Positions 21,412 to 29,296 of a DNA stretch of 32,000 nucleotides are shown in pieces. The notes under the pieces were generated by a model. It was not told the origin of the DNA, did not search any database, and saw nothing but the letters and a program-made list of their open reading frames with translations. The number at the start of each line of letters is the position of its first letter. The first letter of the stretch is position 1. The DNA is from Wallemia ichthyophaga EXF-994 (lineage: Eukaryota; Fungi; Basidiomycota): positions 60,001-92,000 of the forward strand of contig NW_008806288.1 of NCBI RefSeq assembly GCF_000400465.1, read 5' to 3'. A program made the translations under genes and the position numbers.

Positions 21412-24102
21412 ATGAAGAGCGTGAATTTTCACAAAGGGGCAGGAACCCAGGACACGGATACGGAGGACGACGATCAGCTGCAGCCACAGTCACACTCGCA
21501 CTCAGGCGTCACGCTGTACGATACACCCGTGTCGCCCGTACATGCCACTTTCCCATCCAGCCCTTACATGAGCCTGCACAGTGATCTGGATAAGCCTGGG
21601 TTTGATTCCAGTACTACAAATCTCACCCACGCCCACTCCCACGGCGAGAAATCCCCTTTCGAACTGAGTGACGTGCCACTCGGAGATAGCAATGATGGCA
21701 ATTTCCATCCACCCAGACCAGCTTACAAGAAGCACGCCAACAGATCTTTTGACGCTCTTCGCAACGGCGAATGGTCCAAGTACAACGCCTCCGAATCGAA
21801 GCACAACCGCTTTCAATTCGCTGAGGGCGATATACCTAAATCCAAGGTAGTACGATTATACTTCTTTTTGATCAACACCTCCATTATCACTCGCTGGGCA
21901 ATTTTCGTCATCCCCATCGCTGGGCTTCTTGCCATCCCACTCATCATATCAGTCACAGCTGCACCCGACGCTGAGATTTTGCGCGTGCGCCTGCTGTGGT
22001 GGTCTATTTGGCTCGAAACCATCTGGGTCGGCTGGTGGGCTAGCTGGGCTACCTCCAAGATTATCCCGTGGTTCGCTAGACACACTATAGCCGTGATTCT
22101 ACCTAATGGCAAACACATGATCGACTATTTCGTCAGATGCGAAAAGTATCTTGCTGCCGTTGGCTGGACTGTGGCTGTGTGGGCTGTCTTCAACTTCTTA
22201 GTGCTCGTCAAGTTCTCCAGAGACCACTCTGACCCTTCGTATAGCACGTTATCTGTCATTGCACAGGTGCATGCTGGCATTATCATCTGTGCAGCTATTC
22301 TCGCTGGCGAGAAAATTGTTATTCAGTTGATTGCTTACAACTTCCACCGTACCTCGTACGATGACCGCATCCGCGAACAGAAGTTCCAGGTCAAGGTGCT
22401 CGCTGCTCTCTATGCGCGGAGCAGGGATCTGGGGCGCAAAGACACTCTCGACGGCTTTGGCAAGAGAGGTAAGGAGAAAGGAGGTGTCAAGGCGGGCAGG
22501 GTGTTTAGGAAAGCTGCACGTGAAGCGAAAGAAGCTGCTGCAAATGCTACTAGTGTGAGTAAGCAAAATTCGTTTATTCACCTCTAACGCACACCAATAC
22601 AGGCACTCGGTAATGTCGCTTCGGAGATCGCTGGTAGCTCTGTCTTGCAGCCCAACTCACCCATATCCATGGTCACTAATGCACTTGCGTCGGGAAAGAA
22701 GACGCGTCATCTTGCTCGCAGAATCTTTTACTCCTTTTCCCCCCCTTATCGCACCAGTCTCGTCTTGAGCGACATTGCTCACTTCTTCCCCGACCCCATC
22801 ACCGCCGAAGAGGCATTTGTGGTGTTTGACAAGGAGTGCAATGGCGATGTGACTCTTGAAGAGATTGAAATGGCTTGTTTGGAAATTCACCGGGAGCGAC
22901 TAGCTCTGACGTCGAGCATGCGCGATCTAGACAGTGCAGTAGCAGCCCTCAACAAGATCCTTATGTCCGTGTACGTTGTTGCAGCGTGTCTAGTGATCGT
23001 TGCGATGCTCGATGTGAAATTCTCTACACTCGTCACGTCTGCTGGCTCACTCGTGCTTGGGATGTCGTGGCTAATCGGGACCACTGCCCAGGAGATACTA
23101 GCTTCTATCATCTTCCTTTTCGTCAAACACCCCTACGATGTCGGCGATCGCGTAAAGATTGACGGTAACGATATGACAGTTAAGGAAATGAACCTCCTTT
23201 ACTCCATCTTTAGAGGCATCGACGGAACCATAACTCAGGCACCACATGCCGTGCTCAACCTCAAATATATTCATAATTACAGAAGAAGCGGCTCAACTTC
23301 GGAAGAATTTATATTCAACGTTTTTTATGATACCTCCTTCGACCAGATCGAGGATCTCAGATCACGCATGCTCCACTTCCTCAAAACGGAGAGGCGGGAT
23401 TTCATACAGGAGTGTGATATCAATATACTCGATTTACCGTAAGTTTCAGATTGAGTTGGAGTTGGAATCGGAGTTATATTGAGCACTCTCTAACATCCCT
23501 CCAGCGACCAGGAGAAGATGACACTCAGCACGTCGATCAACTATAAGTCCAATTGGCAGAACATCGCACTCTACACGCAGCGGCGGGTGAAATGGATGGT
23601 TGCGATGAAGATAGCCCTGGCCGAGTCTAAGATATATGGACCAGCGGGCGATCCACTGGCGCCTGAACCAAGTCTGTATATGAAGGTGCCTTACGAGCCT
23701 CCAGCTAAAACGGGTGATGATGTTGAGGCGCCGCTACCGGACGACGAACGCACGACCGATCTACGCAGAGCTGCGTCTATGGCCTTGAACGGTGGCCGTA
23801 GAGCGCTCATACATAGAATGGATAAAGAGGAGGAGGCACTTTATCAGAGCGGACTCGAGACTGAGCCGCGAGAGAACATGGTTGATACTTTCACAATGCA
23901 GTTGCCTGGAGGGGCGCAGCATAGCCAGCATGCACAAGATGCACAACACGAAGGTCGACCAACAACACCACACTCAACAACGCAATCTTTCAACGCTACA
24001 CCATCTCAAGTCGAAGCGGGTAGAGTTAGAATACAATCTCCGGAACAGATACCAGGACCGCCGAGAGGGGACAGTGACTATGAAATGCGTAGGATTGACT
24101 GA
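21412..24102 (+). CDS. MscS-like mechanosensitive channel (fungal Msy1/Msy2 type), 2 introns
   Basis: Multiple TM segments, an EF-hand-like FDKECNGDVTLEE, IFLFVKHPYDVGDRV and VKEMNLL. Introns at 22555-22602 and 23439-23504 join three ORFs. Confidence 0.93.
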
Positions 24103-24313
24103 GTGAATTGTAGTTTTACTTTTTACTGCTTTGGACATTTTATAAAAAAAAAACATTTAAAATCAATATTGGGGTCCTCCCGCGCTTAAATGTCTTTGTT
24201 TTCAACAAAGAAGCAAACAAAGAGAGGCGGATGTGACAGTTACTGAAAGAACGGGGCTAATAGGTGACGGGGAAGATTGTTGTACTTGAGCGATTTGCAA
24301 TTTGAATTCGCAA

Positions 24314-24631
24314 ATGTCGCAAATGGTTCGTTGCGCCGATCGGGAGCATTTCCACCTGCTGACGATCACCAGTCATCACCGTCGTCTTACTACAGTTACT
24401 CGTCAACGTCTCTATCTAGCCGTGGTTCAGCAAATTCTCAGAAACAAGCTAAATACGCAACGCAATGCTGGTCATGGCGCTGCTCGAGCTGCCAACTCTG
24501 CAACCATGGCCATCACGCAGTATGCCACAAGTAAGTGAACTGCTGCCAAGCCACTCAGAATAACACATTGCAGCTTATCGTGTGTGTCTCCCCGCCCGGC
24601 CAATTTCTCAACCAAGTGGTATCCCAATTAA
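24314..24631 (+). CDS. ZF-A: 75-aa single RanBP2/NZF-like zinc-finger microprotein
   Basis: Exons 24314-24325 (MSQM), 24373-24530 and 24574-24631. Introns are 47 nt (GTTCGT..GCTGAC..CAG) and 43 nt (GTAAGT..CAG). Finger: WRCSSCQLCNHGHHAVCHN|LSCVSPRP. Confidence 0.85.
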
Positions 24632-24933
24632 CGCATCGGCAACGTCACGTCATAGAAGCATAAGCATCAAAGCATATAACGCAGAGTACAACGCATATAC
24701 CTCGCATTGCATAAATTCCAGTGATGTAACCATCCTTGTCAACAGTGTATATATGTCAACATTCCTCTTTGCCCACCCAAGTTTACCGACAACGTCCAGC
24801 ACGGCGATAAAGTTCACGGCGTCGCTGGCCGGTGCGAGAGAATGTGGATGTTTTTTAAGCCGTCAAATTGATTTTTTTGCCCAATTCACCTCTTCCTTCT
24901 TGACACCGTCCACAAAGCAGTCAACAGAGAAGA

Positions 24934-25192
24934 ATGAGCCACCAGCAGCACACAGCCAGAGCGGCGTATGCGCCATACACCAAGAGCAACGTAACAATCA
25001 ACCAGCCGCAATTCAATCCACAGCCACACCTCTTCTGGTTGTGCTCGTGCGGGTATTGGTCGACGCACGCCTACCGATTCTGCTGCAAGTGAGTTGTGTG
25101 CTGTGTTAGATCGACATACCTAACACCCCACCCACAGCGAAAAATGCGGCTTCTCTCGTGAAGCTATCCAGAAAGGCCACTCACGGTTCTAG
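24934..25192 (+). CDS. ZF-B: 69-aa single zinc-finger microprotein
   Basis: Exons 24934-25088 and 25138-25192; 49-nt intron GTGAGT..CCTAAC..CAG. Finger: WLCSCGYWSTHAYRFCCN|EKCGFSR. A probable 5' leader intron starts at 24832, so the N-terminus is uncertain. Confidence 0.8.
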
Positions 25193-25299
25193 TCTGCAGA
25201 TCGATATCGTTATCTGGTCTTAGTTTGTCTCGCCTTTACGCACACTGCAACAAAATCAAAACTACTCTAGTAGAAGTCTAATTGCAATAATTTATTTGT

Positions 25300-25584
25300 C
25301 TAATTTAATTTATATTCCTCCGTCCTCCTCTTGTCGACATTGTGCTGGTGCGCGACTCTTTGACATGGTGATCTGTGCGTTAGCCGACGTGTCAGAATGG
25401 CTGTGATGTGTGTGTTGTGTGTATTGAGGCGGTACGCTGCAATATTTACAAACCTAAATTTACCCCCAATGATATAATCTTTGATAAGCTTATGCAGATG
25501 CATCTCGAATATGCAGGTCCAAACGGCATTCTTGTCGTCCGCCGCATGCACGTCTTCTCGCTGATCAACTGAATAACGGTGCAT
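25300..25584 (-). CDS. Possible small hypothetical gene (94-aa ORF, or about 73 aa after an in-frame 63-nt intron)
   Basis: ATG-initiated ORF ending in an AT-rich convergent region, with a good branch/acceptor GCTAACGCACAG. It contains AVWTCI but no further finger residues. No family was recognised. Confidence 0.25.
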   Translation of the reverse strand: MHRYSVDQREDVHAADDKNAVWTCIFEMHLHKLIKDYIIGGKFRFVNIAAYRLNTHNTHITAILTRRLTHRSPCQRVAHQHNVDKRRTEEYKLN

Positions 25585-26212
25585 GAATTTAATACGCTTT
25601 GTAGATTACCTACTATAGTGCTATACTGCTATAGTACTATGCTACTCTACTCCTCTTGTGCTCTTAGAAGGTGTCTTAAATATCCCATGGAGTAAGAATC
25701 CGTCACAAGGCGACCACGCTTCTAGTAAACATTTTTTCCATGCTGATACATTTGCCGGCAAAATTTACGATGATGCTGGCCTCGCGATCGCCACCACTCC
25801 CTCTGAGCAGACGATACTGATCCACGACTACACGCGTCGCGTATGATACCCGGAATAATGGCAGGTACAGGTATCTAATAGGCAACCAATACCTCCAAAA
25901 TCCCCACAGATAGTTCAAAGGCTACCACTATACTTGGAATCCAGCGTGCTCAACAAATTTTCTCTGTGTGCCTAACCTCGTGGCCACGGGGAAAAACAAT
26001 CGCTACCAATCAGTGGTCTCAGCTCAGCTGGCCTCAGCTATTCCAAGATCACACTGAGTAGATTACAAGCCATCGAGAACACGTCTGATCAGGTGAATTG
26101 AAAGACTGTATCATCCATTTCACAAAGTCAATCATAGGTAAGTTGCCGCAGATAAAAGCTTTAAATTTCTCTCACAAGATTGACTCACGACGTGATAAAT
26201 ATAGTGGTGAAT

Positions 26213-26438
26213 ATGGCATTCAAAGTACGCTCAGTCTTACTCAGCCCCACTCACCCCGCTCGCCCCGCTCATCCCCCACTTGCAGACCGTCCCCAGCCAA
26301 TTCGACCAAACAATCATCGAAATACCAAAGCAAATAGATGCAAGCACCGTCTGGCCCTGCCCTGTCTGCCGTTATCGCAATCCTCAATCAGAGAACAGCT
26401 GCAACAATCCTTTCTGCAAGTACGTCAAGTCGGCATGA
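26213..26438 (+). CDS. ZF-C: 54-aa single zinc-finger microprotein
   Basis: Exons 26213-26224 (MAFK) and 26286-26438; 61-nt intron GTACGC..TGCAG. Finger: WPCPVCRYRNPQSENSCNNPFCKYVK. Confidence 0.85.
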
Positions 26439-26885
26439 ATAGACGCTATTTAAATTTGTATGCATCACTGCTATTATTATTTGCAATAATAGATATCATC
26501 AATCAGCGTTATTCCTGTTGCTTGCTACCTACTGCCTGGTTTCTCCTGCTTCAGACGCATCGACTTGAACGCCATATTATAGTCCAAAGCAGTGTTACCT
26601 CTCTTCCCGCCATAACAGAATACATGACGCACTCTTTGAACATACCTATTCGCCCGAATAACGAATAATAAATTGAAGATCGAAGACCGGAAGACCGAAG
26701 ATGGTCTCGGCGGACAAAACTAGGAATGATTAATAGATGGCGAGTTGGAAAAGGAAATTATAGATACTATTGCCCGCATCGTCTAAAGCGCGATGCGCCT
26801 TGGCACGTGCCTTTGGCATCTAATCACAGGAACTGGGAATTGAATAACATGATTCTCTCCGGATATCACTACGTAATTCGTATCC

Positions 26886-27047
26886 ATGACGCTTTATTAC
26901 AGATGGAAATGCGTGTCTTGTCGAGGCTGGTGGCCATATGACACTAGCTGGTGTGGAAAGTGAGTAGACAAGCAAAAGCTTTCTAGCAGGTCTAACATCA
27001 GACGCAGCTCTTCTTGTCGTATGTCAAAAGAAAGAAACTTGAGGTGA
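26886..27047 (+). CDS. ZF-D: 37-aa single zinc-finger microprotein
   Basis: Exons 26886-26959 and 27008-27047; 48-nt intron GTGAGT..TCTAAC..CAG. Product MTLYYRWKCVSCRGWWPYDTSWCGN|SSCRMSKERNLR. An extra upstream exon spliced to the AG at 26902 is possible. Confidence 0.8.
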
Positions 27048-27734
27048 TGCAGACGTCTTCACATATTCACTGTAATAATTCTCTACATACAATGTTTGCC
27101 TTTTTCTGCTTGTCTATTGTAATAGCACAGATTATGAAATCTGTTTCCATTAAGGCTCTTTCCCCTCCAGGGTCTCATCAGCTGGATTTCCTGATAGACC
27201 TGAGACAAATAACAGTGGAGGACGGCACCTCACACCAGTAAAGCACTCGCAGGAATCCAACTTTAAAAGGGCTATTGGATTTCGTTTCCAAACCATCAGA
27301 TATTTTGCATTCAAAGTAAATAAGTCTTCCGTCAGCTATACTTAAATTTAACTAATGTATTGGTCTTCAGATGGCTTACCCCCCTTGGTACCGTTCAAAC
27401 TGCAATCCCTGGAGCAAAATCTTATACTGCCAACTATTTGGAAAGCGCAGCCGTTTCAGAAATCCTCCTTAAACCTCTGCCGGTGGGTTGCCGAATCAAG
27501 CCGGCTCATCAGCAACGACCACCATGAGAATCGGTCAGTATGTCTCATCTTACAAATTATACAACAAAACAAAGCAGTCAAGACAATAAAGCATTTTTTG
27601 TAATCACCTTACACCCCCTTAGAACTTTGTTGCACATTTGCCCCTTTACCCCTTTGCACAGCACGGCATAAAAGACAAAGCCGAAGTTTATTCCTACTCA
27701 ATACGCTCCGCCATAATTATACAATCAGACAATA

Positions 27735-27879
27735 AGTGCGCGATGAAGCTGCGACCATAGTAAAGTGACTTCTCTGATGACGTTTAGTGTGGTTCTGTCC
27801 AATCTGCGCAATAACTAATGACAAGTTCATCAAAGTGTGTCGCCAATGCGGATTCACCACTAAGCCGCAATGGCAGTAG
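27735..27879 (+). CDS. ZF-E: zinc-finger microprotein, simplest model 30 aa with an intron-split ATG
   Basis: Exon 27788-27879 encodes the canonical RanBP2 finger WFCPICAITNDKFIKVCRQCGFTTKPQWQ*. An in-frame TGA at 27778 forces splicing; intron 27736-27787 (GTGCGC..CTGAT..TTAG, 52 nt) joins A|TG. Confidence 0.7.
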
Positions 27880-28184
27880 TCAGTTCATCTGATCTGTGAG
27901 TTTAAAGCTCAGAAAGTAACCCATGCTAAAGCAAGATCAGTCCAATATGCACTTTATATCAGCAACATCCTAAAAATTGTAATAATTTGTACTGTTCTCG
28001 AATCCATATATCCTGCAACTGCTATCTGTATATAAGGGGGTTGACCATCAGCTCCAATAAGTAGGGCGTGCAATCAATTTCATCCAGTGACACTGCCGAC
28101 AATTACGGAGTAGCTTTCGCTAGCGAGCAGCTACAGGGTTCACTGTTCGGTAATTGACTTCACCTCAGCTCCAGCTGAGTAGTA

Positions 28185-28507
28185 ATGACAAGTCAAAGGT
28201 AAGACAAAGCAGACACAAAATTGAAATTTATCAATTCTCCTAGCCCGCATGATTTAGACTTTGTTTCTCCTCTATCAGATACGATCGGATAGTAGCCGAG
28301 ATTAGGGTGATCGAGAAGACGATAACGTGGACACAAATAATTAAAGATTTGAAAATTACAGCTATCGCTGAAAATATAGCGACTTGTCATGCTTATCAGT
28401 GTTATGTCCCCTATTGCTGCAGTGACGAAATAAGGTTTCCATTGTCTTCAAAAGTCTTTGTTGAATGTGAAAGGTTAGCTCTCTCTTTTTCGGAAACAAT
28501 CAAATAA
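28185..28507 (+). CDS. Possible 80-aa degenerate relative of the ZF genes (low confidence)
   Basis: ATG 28185 with a GTAAGA donor at 28199. The acceptor at 28278 gives MTSQR|YDRIV..TITWTQII..TCHAYQCY..; the nearer acceptor at 28243 gives only a 20-aa peptide. Confidence 0.2.
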
Positions 28508-28783
28508 TGACGTTCTATGTTCGTTTTGCGTTCTTGTAGCTGGATGCAGCTAACACAGTCCAGTTTCACAAGAAGCCCGTCAACAAGGATAAGAGTACAC
28601 CTCCGAGCCAAGAGAAAGGCTGCATTAACGATTCAAACATAAATTGGACGTGTATTATATGTGAGTATGGCGTGACATGGACAGGAATCATCCTAACCAG
28701 TCTCAGGCGGCACTTCGAATGCGTTTGGGTCCAGATATTGTGCCAATCCGACTTGCTCGTATGACAAGAATTGGGCATCTTGA
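28507..28783 (+). CDS. ZF-F: 61-aa single zinc-finger microprotein
   Basis: Exons 28507-28518 (MTFY), 28564-28660 and 28707-28783. Introns are 45 nt (GTTCGT..GCTAAC..CAG) and 46 nt (GTGAGT..CCTAAC..CAG). Finger: WTCII|CGTSNAFGSRYCANPTCSYDK. Confidence 0.85.
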
Positions 28784-28929
28784 ACCTCAAAGAACATACC
28801 ATTGCTTCATCGTATATCAATAGAATAGAGTGTATTGTAAGTTATAAAGCTGTCTCCTCATTGTCGCTGTATGTGCAAGAAGGGCAATTGTTTAGATTCT
28901 GAGTAGGCGCATGAATGCTGCCCACGCTC

Positions 28930-29219
28930 TCAGTACTCTCTTTTCTTCAAGTATTCCTCGATTGCTGCATCCAAAGCTTCCTCTGAGTTGCTGCAATCAT
29001 CATCAGTCAGTCCTGCTATTTAATCTGCGCGCACACCCACAACTTGGACAGACAGCTGTTGAGCTCCTTGTGTGGCTTCCTGCATGCCCACATAACTGAT
29101 ATCGTTCGGCTCGCAGTGCAATCTGCGAAAGCCTTGAACAAATCACTGCAATGCTGTAATCCAAGCTGCTTGTGCTGCTTTACGACGTCTTCTTCCTCTC
29201 TTCTGCTCAATATCCTCAT
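28930..29219 (-). CDS. CMC1: COX assembly mitochondrial protein, twin CX9C (Cmc1 family)
   Basis: MRILSRREEE...HCSDLFKAFADCTASRTISVMWACRKPHKELNSCL shows two CX9C motifs. Intron 29043-28991; C-terminus NSEEALDAAIEEYLKKREY*. Confidence 0.9.
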
Positions 29220-29296
29220 GTGGTATGCGTCTCGCAGCTCCAAGGTTAGAATCGCACAGCCATCTCTGAAATTGGAAATATTTAAAAAGAGTGGAG

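Noticed and set aside
24720-24780. Box C-like GTGATGT suggesting an intronic snoRNA
   Set aside because: No box D (CTGA) or terminal stem was found at a suitable distance.
24582-25109. 175-aa plus-strand ORF in the track
   Set aside because: It has a GTG start, no recognisable features, and overlaps ZF-A exon 3 and ZF-B in other frames while reading through their introns; best explained as a shadow ORF.
25935-25967. WNPACSTNFLC, resembling a broken finger
   Set aside because: It lacks Cys1 and the 10-residue spacing, and a stop follows the nearest acceptor in this frame; the similarity is too weak.
26180-26668. 162-aa ORF (151 aa from ATG 26213 if the ZF-C intron is retained)
   Set aside because: It reads through a canonical intron and has no recognisable features. 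The spliced frame gives the family motif, so that model is preferred; a dual-coding retention isoform is not excluded but is unsupported.
24103-28929. Degenerate transposon, CRISPR-like array or pheromone-precursor (CAAX) locus as an explanation for the ORF-poor block
   Set aside because: I saw no transposase or RT fragments, terminal repeats, regularly spaced direct repeats or CAAX-ending small ORFs; the spliced ZF genes explain most of the signals.
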